Shown: positions 30,957 to 41,399, numbered from the stretch's first letter. The stretch is 64,000 bases of DNA from an uncultured Anaeroplasmataceae bacterium (GCA_944325035.1 CALUYM010000002.1:7329-71328); one strand, 5' to 3'. Notes: a model not told the origin generated them from the letters alone. Made by a program: numbers and translations.

Positions 30957-31145
30957 ATTATTAAAGAAAATATGACTATGAGAAGAGATAATTTTAACTT
31001 CAAAAGATTAAATTAAATGATAGTGTATTTAGTCTAATTAAAATAAACAAAGTGAAAATAAAGTACTTAATTTTATTAAAAAAATACAATGATATATCCA
31101 CTTTAAAATATTAAAAAAAGTATTGTTTTCTTGTGTGCAAAGCGT

Positions 31146-31173
31146 TTGACAAATAAATATATAATGATATAAT
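31146..31173 (+). promoter_or_regulatory. Sigma-A-type promoter of rubrerythrin
   Basis: TTGACA (31146-31151), a 16-nt spacer, then an extended -10 TGATATAAT ending at 31173. Confidence 0.5.
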
Positions 31174-31306
31174 GAAGGCAGGAATTGATACTATTCCGCT
31201 TACTTAAGGCCATGAAGTGGTCTAAGTAAAATAATTTAATATTTTCTAAGTTTAATTAGATAAATTTTAAAGTTTCATAAATTAATAAAGTAAAGGAGAA
31301 AAAATT

Positions 31307-31843
31307 ATGTCAAAGTATAGTGGAACACAAACTGAAAAGAATTTACAAGCTGCATTTGCCGGCGAATCACAAGCTAGAAATAAGTATACTTATTTCGCAA
31401 GCGTTGCTAAAAAAGAAGGATATCAACAAATTGCTGCTTTATTCTTAGAAACAGCAGATAATGAAAAAGAACATGCTGAAATCTGGTTTAAAGAATTAGG
31501 ATATTTAGGAGATACTGCAGCAAACTTAAAGGCAGCTGCTGAAGGTGAAAACTATGAATGGACAGATATGTATGATTCATTCGCTAAAACTGCTGATGAA
31601 GAAGGTTTCCCTCAATTAGCAGCTAAGTTTAGAGCTGTAGCAAAGATTGAAAAAGCTCATGAAGAAAGATATTTAGCATTATTAAATAATGTTGAAATGC
31701 AACAAGTATTTGAAAAGAGCGAACAAGTAATGTGGAAGTGTCGTGTTTGTGGTCATTTAGTAGTTGGTAATAAGGCTCCAAAAGTATGTCCAGTTTGTTC
31801 ACATGAACAAAGCTACTTCGAAGTTGCAAGCAAGAACTACTAG
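31307..31843 (+). CDS. rbr: Rubrerythrin
   Basis: Ferritin-like diiron E..E..H motifs ([26 protein letters not shown]) and a C-terminal rubredoxin-like CRVCGH...CPVCSH. Confidence 0.9.
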   Translation: MSKYSGTQTEKNLQAAFAGESQARNKYTYFASVAKKEGYQQIAALFLETADNEKEHAEIWFKELGYLGDTAANLKAAAEGENYEWTDMYDSFAKTADEEGFPQLAAKFRAVAKIEKAHEERYLALLNNVEMQQVFEKSEQVMWKCRVCGHLVVGNKAPKVCPVCSHEQSYFEVASKNY

Positions 31844-31871
31844 AATTTAGGAAATAAGGAGATGAATTATT

Positions 31872-32105
31872 ATGTCAAATAAGGTAGATAACTTAGTAAA
31901 TATGTTAGATGCTTATGTATCTGATGGTGGACATCACTTAAACGTTAACGTTTTTAATCGTGATACATTATTAGATGCTCAAAAACATCCGGAAAAGTAT
32001 CCACAATTAACAGTTCGTGTATCAGGATATGCTGTTAACTTCATTAAGTTAACTAAAGAACAACAAGACGATGTAATTCATCGTACTATTCACGAATCAA
32101 TGTAA
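31872..32105 (+). CDS. grcA: Autonomous glycyl-radical cofactor (GrcA/YfiD-like, minimal 77-aa form)
   Basis: [54 protein letters not shown] is nearly identical in pattern to the PFL/GrcA C-terminal glycyl-radical domain, including the RVSGY glycine. Confidence 0.8.
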   Translation: MSNKVDNLVNMLDAYVSDGGHHLNVNVFNRDTLLDAQKHPEKYPQLTVRVSGYAVNFIKLTKEQQDDVIHRTIHESM

Positions 32106-32177
32106 TTTTAAAGATGTGCTATCATTTGGTAGCACATTTTTTATTTTCACTGCGTATTATATAGCGATGGTGATAAA

Positions 32178-32846
32178 ATGTATTATAAAAATATGTACTA
32201 TAAATCATTTGTGAATACAAAGCGACCAATTATATTTCTTCACGGTTGGAAAGGTAGTCATAAATCATTTATGAATTTAATACCGTATTTTAAAGATGAA
32301 AGTCTATATTTTTTAGATTTACCTGGTTTTGGTAACTCGAGAATTACAAAGGCATATACACTAAAAAATTATGCAAAACAGATTAATGACTTCATTGTGG
32401 AAAAAGACCTAGAAAATCCTATAATTGTAGGTCATTCATTTGGAGGAAGAATAGCATTAAAATTGGCAGAATATAAAAACTATGACACAATTGTTGTAAG
32501 TACACCAGCATTCGATTTAAAAAGTTTTAAGACAAAAATAAAGCTAGTTTTAAATAAATGCTTTAAATTAAAATTTCCTTCTAAGGATTATCAAAATGCT
32601 AGTTTCTTAGAACGAGAAACTTTGAAACAAGCATTAAAGGATACAAAACGTTTAAGATTTAAAAAAATGAAAAATATTTTAATTATTCATTCTAAAACAG
32701 ATTTAACAGTTAAGTATAAAGAAGCGTTAAAATTAAAAAGAAAAGTATCAGGAAGTGCTTTAATTGAAATGGGGGTAAATCATTTTCCATATTTAGAAGA
32801 AGAGGAAAAATTTGCATCTGTGGTGAAGAGTTATGCTTCTAATTAG
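32178..32846 (+). CDS. Alpha/beta hydrolase
   Basis: Oxyanion-hole HGW and nucleophile elbow GHSFGG; 222 aa. Confidence 0.6.
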   Translation: MYYKNMYYKSFVNTKRPIIFLHGWKGSHKSFMNLIPYFKDESLYFLDLPGFGNSRITKAYTLKNYAKQINDFIVEKDLENPIIVGHSFGGRIALKLAEYKNYDTIVVSTPAFDLKSFKTKIKLVLNKCFKLKFPSKDYQNASFLERETLKQALKDTKRLRFKKMKNILIIHSKTDLTVKYKEALKLKRKVSGSALIEMGVNHFPYLEEEEKFASVVKSYASN

Positions 32847-34284
32847 TATTATTATCGTATTTCCCATCCTGATTCGAATTTATCATGCATTAATGATATA
32901 TCAACAAAGTCATTATAAAATTAAAAGTTATCTAAAGTATTATGCATCAAATTGGTATTATCTATTGATACCTTTAATTACAAGTATTGTCTTTTTAAAA
33001 GGAGATAATTTAGGAATAAATTTGTTATTTGCTATAAATCTCGTCCTATATGAAGTATCATTTATTAAAATAAGGAAACTACCTCTTAAATATACCAAAC
33101 GTATTATTCGACTCATTTTATTTATTATTTTGTTCAGTGTTCCAGTTTTAATTTATCCATTTATCTATCCATTTATAAATTTAATTATAATTTTACCTTT
33201 CTTTATATCTTCTCTTTTAGAAAAAATTATTAATACAAAATATTTAACGAAAGCTGTTACTAAGATAAATAGCTTCAAGGGTGATATTATAGCTATAACT
33301 GGCTCATATGGTAAAACAACTACAAAAGTTTTCACTGCACAGTTGCTTGAAGAATTAAATCCATTTTATACTATGAAAAGTTATAATACTCCAATGGGAA
33401 TATCCAAAGCTATTAACAACTCAGAACTTGATTTAGCTAAAATTATGATTTTAGAATTCGGAGCTACTAAGTTGAACAATATTTCGTATTTAACTAAGAA
33501 ATTTAAACCGAATATTGCCATTGTAACAGAGATTGGACCAATGCATTTAAATACTTTTAAATCAATAGAAAATATTTTGTTTGAGAAAATGAAATCAGTA
33601 GAAAGTCTTAAAGCTGATGGCCTAGCTATTATTAATTATGAAAATGAATATTTAAGACAATATGAGATAAAAAATACATGCAAAATTATATCTTATGGTA
33701 TAAATTATGGCGAGTATCGTTATAATTTAGTTGATGAAAAAACACTGATAATTACTAGAAATAATAAATTTCTATATAAATTTGTTCATACTAGTTTATC
33801 ATCAATAGATATATCTAACTTGATGCCAGGTATAATACTTGGAATTCATTATGGTATGAATGGTAATGAAATAGGCTCTAGGATATTAAATATAAAAAAA
33901 CCAAAATCACGTCTTGAGGAAAAACATTTTAAGAATATGACAATTTTAGATGATTCATTTAATGCCAATTTAAAAGGAGCACTTAATGCTTTAGATAAAC
34001 TAAGTATGATGATAGGAATTAAATATGTAATTACTCCTGGAATTGTGGAACAAGATAAACTTAGTAAGGAAAATCATTTAATTTTAGCTAAAAAAATGAA
34101 AGAAGTTGCAGACATAATTTTTATAATTAATTCAAAAACAGGTAGAACTTTATATAAGCATTTTACAAAAAATGCGTATCTTGTTAACTCATTTGATGAT
34201 GCGTTTTTCTTGTTTAATTTAGATAATCGAAAACGTGTTTTATTGATTGAAAATGATCTACCTGATATATATGAATATTTTTAG
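32833..34284 (+). CDS. murF: MurF-like UDP-MurNAc-tripeptide--D-Ala-D-Ala ligase with an N-terminal polytopic membrane extension
   Basis: Mur ligase P-loop ITGSYGKTTTK and central and C-terminal Mur ligase regions (DDSFNAN). The first roughly 140 aa are hydrophobic TM segments. ddl is adjacent. Confidence 0.7.
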   Translation: MLLISIIIVFPILIRIYHALMIYQQSHYKIKSYLKYYASNWYYLLIPLITSIVFLKGDNLGINLLFAINLVLYEVSFIKIRKLPLKYTKRIIRLILFIILFSVPVLIYPFIYPFINLIIILPFFISSLLEKIINTKYLTKAVTKINSFKGDIIAITGSYGKTTTKVFTAQLLEELNPFYTMKSYNTPMGISKAINNSELDLAKIMILEFGATKLNNISYLTKKFKPNIAIVTEIGPMHLNTFKSIENILFEKMKSVESLKADGLAIINYENEYLRQYEIKNTCKIISYGINYGEYRYNLVDEKTLIITRNNKFLYKFVHTSLSSIDISNLMPGIILGIHYGMNGNEIGSRILNIKKPKSRLEEKHFKNMTILDDSFNANLKGALNALDKLSMMIGIKYVITPGIVEQDKLSKENHLILAKKMKEVADIIFIINSKTGRTLYKHFTKNAYLVNSFDDAFFLFNLDNRKRVLLIENDLPDIYEYF

Positions 34285-34333
34285 ACATATTTTTCATATC
34301 TAAAGAATATAATTATACTGAGGATGATGAAAG

Positions 34334-35335
34334 ATGAAAATAGCGATACTTTCCGGAGGGCGAAGTCCGGAGCATGAAATATCAATAATTACGGCCTTAG
34401 ATATTTATCAAAAATTAGATAAGGCCTATTTTTTATATTTAACTAAAAATAATGAATTGTATTATTATAAGAAGCCATCTATTGACAAAATTTTGAAAAA
34501 TAAGGGAAAAAAGATTACTTTTAAAAAACATAAAGTTGGCAATATAAGATTAGATTTAATTGTAATGGCAACCCATGGTAAATATGCTGAAGATGGGCAT
34601 CTATCTGCTATTTTAGATTTTTATGAAATTCCTTATTTGGGTTCTAATATGGAAGCGTCTTGTTTAGGAATGGATAAAGAATTAACAGATCTTTTATTAA
34701 GACATAATAATATTACAACTGTGAATAAAAAATCATATTTTAAAGGCGATTATATTGAAATTGATAACTATCCGGTTATTATAAAACCTGCTAGATCAGG
34801 TTCATCATTAGGAATAAGCGTTGTAAAGAAAGAAGAAGACTTGGGAAAAGCTTTAAATCTAGCTTATCTATATGATGAAAAAATTATAGTTGAAACATAT
34901 TTACCAAATGCAGTAGAGTATGCTATGGCATTATATAAGACTGAAGAGATTAAATTTTCTAAGATTGAGATTGTTCAATCAAATCATGAATTTTTTGACT
35001 ATAATGAAAAATATAAAAGTAGAAGAAAGGGTAAGAATCATTTTTATTTAGATGATATAAATAAAGTTAAAGAACTTGAAGAAATTGGTGCTTTAATTTA
35101 TAAGATATTTGAATTAGAAGGAATAGTAAGAATTGATTTTTTAGAGCAAAATGGAGTATTGTATGTAAATGAAATTAATACGATTCCAGGCTCACTTTCA
35201 AATCATATGTTTGATAATTTTGAAAATGTAATAAATCGTTTAATTAAAAGTAAACTATATGATATAAAAAAACAGATTATAAAAAAAGAAAGTATTAGTG
35301 AAGATATTTTGTATTTAAATAGTAAAAATAAATAA
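34334..35335 (+). CDS. ddl: D-alanine--D-alanine ligase
   Basis: ILSGGRSPEHEIS, the HG..GEDG-like motif HGKYAEDGHL, ATP-grasp region KPARSGSSLGIS and C-terminal EINTIPG. Confidence 0.85.
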   Translation: MKIAILSGGRSPEHEISIITALDIYQKLDKAYFLYLTKNNELYYYKKPSIDKILKNKGKKITFKKHKVGNIRLDLIVMATHGKYAEDGHLSAILDFYEIPYLGSNMEASCLGMDKELTDLLLRHNNITTVNKKSYFKGDYIEIDNYPVIIKPARSGSSLGISVVKKEEDLGKALNLAYLYDEKIIVETYLPNAVEYAMALYKTEEIKFSKIEIVQSNHEFFDYNEKYKSRRKGKNHFYLDDINKVKELEEIGALIYKIFELEGIVRIDFLEQNGVLYVNEINTIPGSLSNHMFDNFENVINRLIKSKLYDIKKQIIKKESISEDILYLNSKNK

Positions 35336-35400
35336 AATATTAAAAATAACAATTGCATTCTTTTAATATATGGTATAATTAGGTAAAGGTGGATGATATT

Positions 35401-36237
35401 ATGAAAAAAGCGACGTTAGGTCAACGTTTTTTAGCCTTGATTATTGATACAATTATTATACTTGTAGTGGGACTAGGTATTATTTTTGGTATACAAAAAG
35501 CCAAGATAATTGAGCGCCCAACTTTAGATAAAGAAATACCAGCAGATTTAGTTGAACCTTTATCAGATTATATATATTTTTCTACTGGCGTTAATATTGA
35601 AAAACAAAATAATAATTTTTATCTTATAATTGGATATTCAGATGAAGCGAGTTTATTAGAATTTATTGAAAATAATAGTAATCGCTATGGTGATATTACA
35701 GATCAAGAAGTCTTAATAGTATATGAAAAATGTAAAGCTTTTGCACAAGAATATGTTTATTACTATACATCCATAGTATTTTTATTTACAGCCATTTGCT
35801 TTGCAATGTTTATAATTTATTATTGTGTCATTGGATATCTTTGGAAACATCAAACTATTGGGCGTTTATTAGCAGGGATTAAAGTTATAACTCAAGATGG
35901 ACAACGAGTAGGTTTATTTAGATTAATACTACGTGATGGAGTAGGTTTTTATTTATTAAATTTATTGATGTCGTGTTGCTTTGCACCACTAATTTTCAAC
36001 ATAGTTTTTTTAACTGGTGTAGATAAAATGTCACTTGGTGATAAAATCTCTGGTACTATGATGGTCGTTTGTGATAAATCAGGTAAACCGATTAAAGATG
36101 ATGTTTTTAATTCAAATAATCCGTTTGTTCACAATTTTTATGAAGATGGAGTTGTTACACAAAAGAAAGAAGATACTGAAGAAGTAAACATAGACGATAA
36201 AAAGGATGAAACAATAGACAATGAAAAAAAAGAGTAG
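35401..36237 (+). CDS. RDD family membrane protein
   Basis: N-terminal ATLGQRFLALIIDTIII and an RDG/RDD-like LILRDGVGFYL region. ATG 35401 follows AAAGGTGGA. Confidence 0.6.
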   Translation: MKKATLGQRFLALIIDTIIILVVGLGIIFGIQKAKIIERPTLDKEIPADLVEPLSDYIYFSTGVNIEKQNNNFYLIIGYSDEASLLEFIENNSNRYGDITDQEVLIVYEKCKAFAQEYVYYYTSIVFLFTAICFAMFIIYYCVIGYLWKHQTIGRLLAGIKVITQDGQRVGLFRLILRDGVGFYLLNLLMSCCFAPLIFNIVFLTGVDKMSLGDKISGTMMVVCDKSGKPIKDDVFNSNNPFVHNFYEDGVVTQKKEDTEEVNIDDKKDETIDNEKKE

Positions 36238-36802
36238 TTATCTTTTAATTCTAAGGAATAATAATTTAGATGAAGAAACCATTTTTGATTTTATTAAAGC
36301 TATTTTAGGAAATACAATTCAAATTGAACATACTCAAGAATATTATTTAATTATTTTTCATGAAAATGAAGATTTAGAATTAGAAGAAAATTTAAATTCA
36401 TTTATCTATGATACGAATTTATATATAAAATGCTACATATCGAATAGCTTCGATGATATTAACATACTTAAACAAAATGTTACAGCTATCTTAAACTATT
36501 TTACATTTGAATTAAAGAATAGTATTTATACTGAAAAAAGTTTAATTGACGAAATACTATCTAAAGATTTAATGATTCTTAAACCATTTATTTTAAAGGA
36601 TTATTTATATGATTTAGATATGCATAACATTTTAATTACATTTATGAAAAATGATTTAAACACTTTAAAAACATCTAAAATTTTATATATGCATAGAAAT
36701 ACTTTGATTAATAAACTTGATCGCTTTTCTCAAATTACAGGATATGATCCACGTCATTTTGAAGATGCATATATTATATATAGCATTATTAAAAACAAAT
36801 AA
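36221..36802 (+). CDS. PucR/CdaR-type C-terminal HTH domain protein
   Basis: The C-terminus TSKILYMHRNTLINKLDRFSQITGYDPRHFEDA matches the PucR C-terminal helix-turn-helix pattern. It overlaps the RDD gene by 17 nt. Confidence 0.5.
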   Translation: MKKKSSYLLILRNNNLDEETIFDFIKAILGNTIQIEHTQEYYLIIFHENEDLELEENLNSFIYDTNLYIKCYISNSFDDINILKQNVTAILNYFTFELKNSIYTEKSLIDEILSKDLMILKPFILKDYLYDLDMHNILITFMKNDLNTLKTSKILYMHRNTLINKLDRFSQITGYDPRHFEDAYIIYSIIKNK

Positions 36803-36902
36803 ATCATAAATTGAATTAAAAATAAAAGAATGTGCACTTTGTACATTCTTTTTTTTAAGCAGCTGTAGTAAAATATAGGTAAAATTTAAGGAGGATTAAC
36901 TA

Positions 36903-38024
36903 ATGGCTACATTAAGTTTAAAACACATAGATAAAATTTATCCTAATGGAACACAAGCTGTATTTGATTTTAATCTTGAAATTAAAGATAAAGAATTTAT
37001 TTGTTTCGTAGGACCTTCAGGTTGTGGTAAATCAACAACTCTTCGTATGATTGCTGGTCTTGAAGATATTACATCAGGAGAATTATGGATTGATGATAAA
37101 ATCGTAAACGACGTATCTCCTAAAGATCGTGATATTGCGATGGTATTCCAAAGCTACGCATTATATCCACATATGTCTGTTTATGAAAATATGGCATTTG
37201 GTCTACGTCTTCGCCGTATTGATAGAGATGTTATTGCTCAAAAAGTAAAAGAAGCTGCAGAAATTCTAGGATTAACACCATATTTAGACCGTAAACCTCG
37301 TCAATTATCAGGTGGTCAATGTCAACGTGTTGCCCTAGGACGTGCAATTGTTCGTGATGCTAAGGTATTCTTAATGGACGAACCACTATCAAACCTAGAT
37401 GCTAAATTACGTGTTTCTACTCGTGGAGAATTAATTAAATTACACCGTCGTTTAAATGCGACTACAATTTATGTAACACACGACCAAATTGAAGCGATGA
37501 CAATGGCTACAAGAATCGTATGTATGAAAGATGGTCGTATCCAACAAGTAGGTGCTCCTCGTGAAATCTACTCTCATCCACATAATATGTTCGTAGGTGG
37601 ATTCATCGGTACACCTCCAATGAATTTCATTGAAGGTTCAGTTGATGAAAAATGTGTATTTACATGTGCTAAAACACCAGAAATTAAGATTGAAGTACCT
37701 AAAGGAAAAGTTGAAATTCTTAAACAAAAAGGATTTATTGGTAAAAAAGTATTCTTAGGTATTCGTCCTGAAAATATCCATGATGAACGTGATGAAATTA
37801 TGTTTGAAACATATCCAAATGCTATCTTAGATTGTAAAGTTAAAATTTCTGAACTTTTAGGTGCAGAAACTAATATTTACACTGAAGTTGGTGGAGCATC
37901 AATTATTGCTTCTGTAGACTCTCGTTCTGATTTAACATTTGATTCAGATATCAAATTAGTATTCGATATGAATAAGTGTCATTTCTTTGATGCTGAAACT
38001 GAAATTAATGTTGCAGATTTATAG
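36903..38024 (+). CDS. msmX: Sugar ABC transporter ATP-binding protein (MsmX/MsmK/MalK family)
   Basis: GPSGCGKST, LSGGQCQRVALGRA, MDEPLSNLD and a C-terminal TOBE/MalK-type regulatory domain. It is a stand-alone gene with its own terminator. Confidence 0.9.
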   Translation: MATLSLKHIDKIYPNGTQAVFDFNLEIKDKEFICFVGPSGCGKSTTLRMIAGLEDITSGELWIDDKIVNDVSPKDRDIAMVFQSYALYPHMSVYENMAFGLRLRRIDRDVIAQKVKEAAEILGLTPYLDRKPRQLSGGQCQRVALGRAIVRDAKVFLMDEPLSNLDAKLRVSTRGELIKLHRRLNATTIYVTHDQIEAMTMATRIVCMKDGRIQQVGAPREIYSHPHNMFVGGFIGTPPMNFIEGSVDEKCVFTCAKTPEIKIEVPKGKVEILKQKGFIGKKVFLGIRPENIHDERDEIMFETYPNAILDCKVKISELLGAETNIYTEVGGASIIASVDSRSDLTFDSDIKLVFDMNKCHFFDAETEINVADL

Positions 38025-38085
38025 GAATTAAATCATCCGTAAGGATGATTTTTCCATATATGGGCATCGTAAAATGATAAATTCA

Positions 38086-38114
38086 TTGTCAATAGTTCGA
38101 TATAATGATATAAT
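38086..38114 (+). promoter_or_regulatory. Sigma-A-type promoter of pgk-HPr-tpiA
   Basis: TTGTCA (38086-38091), a 17-nt spacer, then an extended -10 TGATATAAT ending at 38114. Confidence 0.5.
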
Positions 38115-38154
38115 TTAGAAGTAGAGTCATTACTATATAGTGGAGGTTATTAAC

Positions 38155-39348
38155 ATGGCTAAAAAAGTAATTACAGACTTAAACGTTAAAGGTAAAAAGG
38201 TATTAATTAGAGTAGACTTTAATGTCCCAATGAAAGATGGGGTTATCACAGATGATAATCGTATTCGTGAAGCTCTTCCTACTATTAAATATGTAGTTGA
38301 AAATGGTGGGAAAGCTATTGTTTTCTCACACTTAGGAAGAATTAAAGAAGAAGCTGCTCTTGCTAAGAATTCTTTAGCACCAGTTGCTAAGAGATTACAA
38401 GAATTAATTGGTTTAAATGTTCAATTCGTTCCTGTTACGCGAGGACAACAATTAGAACATGCAATCGCTGAAATGGAAAATGGCGAAATTGTTATGTTTG
38501 AAAATACTCGTTATGAAGACTTAGATGGAAAAAAAGAATCAAAAAATGATCAAGAACTTGGAAAATATTGGGCGTCTCTTGGTGATGTATTTGTAAATGA
38601 TGCATTTGGTACTGCTCACCGTGCTGCGGCTTCTAACGTAGGCATTGCTGCTAATATTGCTGAAACTGCTGCTGGTTTCTTGCTAGAAAAAGAAATTAAG
38701 TTTATTGGTGGAGCTGTAGATAATCCAGTTCGTCCATATGTGGCAATTTTAGGTGGTTCAAAAGTTTCTGATAAAATTGAAGTTATTTCTGCATTATTAG
38801 AAAAAGCTGACAAGCTTTTAATTGGTGGAGGTATGATGTTTACTTTCTTAAAAGCACAAGGTTATAATGTAGGAAAATCAAAATGCGAAGAAGATAAAGT
38901 CGATCTAGCTAAAGAATTATTAGCTAAAGCTAATGGAAAGATTGTATTACCTGTGGATACAGTTGTTACTAATGAATTCTCAAATGATGTACCATTTAAA
39001 ACAGTTAGTGTTGAAAATATCGGCGAAGATGAAATGGGTCTAGATATTGGTGAAAAATCTGTTGAAGAATTCACTAATATTATTAACACTGCTAAAACAG
39101 TTGTATGGAATGGACCAATGGGCGTTTTTGAAATGTCAAACTTTGCTAAAGGTACAATCGGTGTTTGTGAAGCTATTGCTAATTTGAATGATGCTAACAC
39201 AATTGTTGGTGGTGGAGATTCAGCTGCTGCGGCTATTCAATTTGGATATAAAGATAAGTTCTCTCATATCTCTACAGGTGGTGGAGCTTCTCTTGAATAT
39301 TTAGAAGGAAAAACATTACCAGGAATTGCCTGTGTAAATGATAAGTAA
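38155..39348 (+). CDS. pgk: Phosphoglycerate kinase
   Basis: [20 protein letters not shown] and [12 protein letters not shown] 38155 follows GGAGG. Confidence 0.95.
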   Translation: MAKKVITDLNVKGKKVLIRVDFNVPMKDGVITDDNRIREALPTIKYVVENGGKAIVFSHLGRIKEEAALAKNSLAPVAKRLQELIGLNVQFVPVTRGQQLEHAIAEMENGEIVMFENTRYEDLDGKKESKNDQELGKYWASLGDVFVNDAFGTAHRAAASNVGIAANIAETAAGFLLEKEIKFIGGAVDNPVRPYVAILGGSKVSDKIEVISALLEKADKLLIGGGMMFTFLKAQGYNVGKSKCEEDKVDLAKELLAKANGKIVLPVDTVVTNEFSNDVPFKTVSVENIGEDEMGLDIGEKSVEEFTNIINTAKTVVWNGPMGVFEMSNFAKGTIGVCEAIANLNDANTIVGGGDSAAAAIQFGYKDKFSHISTGGGASLEYLEGKTLPGIACVNDK

Positions 39349-39377
39349 AATTTAATCATTGGAAGGGAAATGAGAAG

Positions 39378-39626
39378 ATGGAAAAACAAATCGTAATTAA
39401 AAGTACAGTTGGCTTACACGCAAGCCTAGCTGCCAAAGTAGTTCAAGCAGCTTCAAAATACTCTGTTGATATTAATTTATACTATCATGATAAGGTAGTA
39501 GATGTTAAATCAATTTTAGGTTTAATGTCACTAGCTGTTCCTCAAGGGGAAAATGTAAAAATCGTAGCGACAGGAGATCAAGCAGAAAAAGCTATTGATG
39601 AAATTGCAGAATTACTAGAAAAATAA
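39378..39626 (+). CDS. HPr family phosphocarrier protein
   Basis: 82 aa with the His15 context VGLHASLAA and the Ser46 context VKSILGLMSLAV. Confidence 0.8.
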   Translation: MEKQIVIKSTVGLHASLAAKVVQAASKYSVDINLYYHDKVVDVKSILGLMSLAVPQGENVKIVATGDQAEKAIDEIAELLEK

Positions 39627-39648
39627 AATAGGGGAGGGGCGTGTTTCT

Positions 39649-40416
39649 ATGCGTAAGCCAATTTTGGCCGCAAACTGGAAAATGTTCAAAACTAGAGATG
39701 AAGCTCTTGATTTTATATATGAAGTCAATGGTAATGTTCCTAGTAAAGATTTAATAGACACAATTGTCTGCGCTCCGGCAATTCATTTACGAACATTGGT
39801 AAAACGACAAGGCGAAAATCTAAGAATTGGCGCTCAAAACATGCATTACGCTGATGAAGGAGCATATACTGGTGAAATTTCACCGAATATGCTAGTTTCA
39901 ACAGGTGTTACTTATGTTATTATTGGACATAATGAAAGACGTCGTTATAATAACGAAAGCGAACAAGATGTAAATTTAAAGCTTTTGGCAGCCTTAAGTC
40001 ATGGAATTACGCCGATTGTGTGCTTAGGTGAAACGCAAGAACAATATGAACACGCTGATACTGACTATATTTTACGAGAGCAAGTAAAAACGGCCTTTAG
40101 AGGTGTTAAATCAGTTGATGCTAGTCGAGTAATTCTTGCATATGAACCAATTTGGGCAGTAGGTACTGGTATTTCTGCCCCTAGTGAATTAGCTGATCAA
40201 AAGTGTGGACTAGTTAGAAGAATTATTCGCCAATTATATAATCAGGAAATCGCAAGTGAAATAAGAATTTTATATGGAGGCTCAGTTAATCCAGATAATT
40301 GTGAAGAACTAATGTCAAAAGAAAATATTGATGGTGCATTAGTTGGTGGAGCTGCATTATATCCTGATAAGTTTTTGAAAATGTGCGATATTTGTTTAAA
40401 ATGCAAGTCTAGATAA
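39649..40416 (+). CDS. tpiA: Triosephosphate isomerase
   Basis: AANWKM, IIGHNERR, AYEPIWAVGTG and YGGSVN. Confidence 0.95.
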   Translation: MRKPILAANWKMFKTRDEALDFIYEVNGNVPSKDLIDTIVCAPAIHLRTLVKRQGENLRIGAQNMHYADEGAYTGEISPNMLVSTGVTYVIIGHNERRRYNNESEQDVNLKLLAALSHGITPIVCLGETQEQYEHADTDYILREQVKTAFRGVKSVDASRVILAYEPIWAVGTGISAPSELADQKCGLVRRIIRQLYNQEIASEIRILYGGSVNPDNCEELMSKENIDGALVGGAALYPDKFLKMCDICLKCKSR

Positions 40417-40421
40417 GATAA

Positions 40422-40449
40422 ACTGCAAGATTATTTCTTGCAGTTTTTT
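40422..40449 (+). terminator. Rho-independent terminator of tpiA
   Basis: 9-bp stem ACTGCAAGA / TCTTGCAGT followed by a T-run. Confidence 0.75.
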
Positions 40450-40595
40450 ATTTAATCATCATTGATTATCATAAGATTAATAGATTTGACAAAAATATTT
40501 ATAGTAGTATAATATCGTTATAATGTTAGTTTAGTCTAACTGGACATTCACATAATAGTTTATTAAGAATACAATATATAGAAGATGGTGAGAAT

Positions 40596-41384
40596 ATGTG
40601 GTTAAAAATAGTTTTAGGTATTTTAATTCCATTCATCGGTACATCATTAGGAGCATTTATGGTTTTCTTTTTAAAAGAAAAACTTAATTCAACCGTTGAA
40701 AGAATTCTATTAGGTTTTGCAAGTGGTGTTATGATAGCTGCTTCAGTTTGGTCATTGATTATACCTGCTATTGATATGTCAGAATCTTATGGTAATTGGA
40801 AATTCATTCCAGCAGCTGTAGGTTTTCTCTTAGGTATTTTATTTTTAGGTGGTATTGATAGAATTATTCCTCATTTACATCCTAATACCGATAAGCCGGA
40901 AGGATTGCACACTAAAAAGAAATTAAAAAAAACTTGGATGATGGTTTTTGCAGTTACAATTCATAATATACCTGAGGGAATGGCCTTAGGAGTAGTTTTT
41001 GCGGGCGTAATTACTGGAAATGCTTTAATTACCTTATCAGCTGCTTTTGCTTTAGCAATAGGGATTGCAATTCAAAATTTTCCTGAAGGAGCAATTGTAT
41101 CACTTCCATTAAAAGCGGAGGGAATGAATCGAAAAAAAGCATTTGGAATTGGCGTTTTCTCTGGTATAGTAGAACCAATTGCGGCTATTATTACAATTTT
41201 GTTAGCTAAGATAGTAACTCCAATATTGCCTTATTTGTTAAGTTTTGCGGCTGGAGCTATGATATACGTAGTTGCAGAGGAGTTAATCCCAGAAGCCAAA
41301 AAGAATGAACATACTGATATTGGAACTTTAGGTCTAGCTGTTGGTTTTGTCGTTATGATGATTTTAGATGTGGCTTTAAGTTAG
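40596..41384 (+). CDS. zupT: ZIP family metal (zinc) transporter
   Basis: HNIPEGMALG and QNFPEGA signatures, with 8 TM segments. Confidence 0.8.
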   Translation: MWLKIVLGILIPFIGTSLGAFMVFFLKEKLNSTVERILLGFASGVMIAASVWSLIIPAIDMSESYGNWKFIPAAVGFLLGILFLGGIDRIIPHLHPNTDKPEGLHTKKKLKKTWMMVFAVTIHNIPEGMALGVVFAGVITGNALITLSAAFALAIGIAIQNFPEGAIVSLPLKAEGMNRKKAFGIGVFSGIVEPIAAIITILLAKIVTPILPYLLSFAAGAMIYVVAEELIPEAKKNEHTDIGTLGLAVGFVVMMILDVALS

Positions 41385-41399
41385 TTGGGGAGTTGATTT

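Noticed and set aside
31159-31173. Identical 15-mer ATATAATGATATAAT upstream of both rubrerythrin (31159-31173) and pgk (38100-38114), considered as a shared operator such as a PerR/Rex-type box.
   Set aside because: The shared word is fully explained by a spurious TATAAT followed by an extended -10 element (TGATATAAT), which recurs in other promoters here (for example near 49930, 56560 and 56980). It is not palindromic, and I could not fit a PerR or Rex consensus convincingly.
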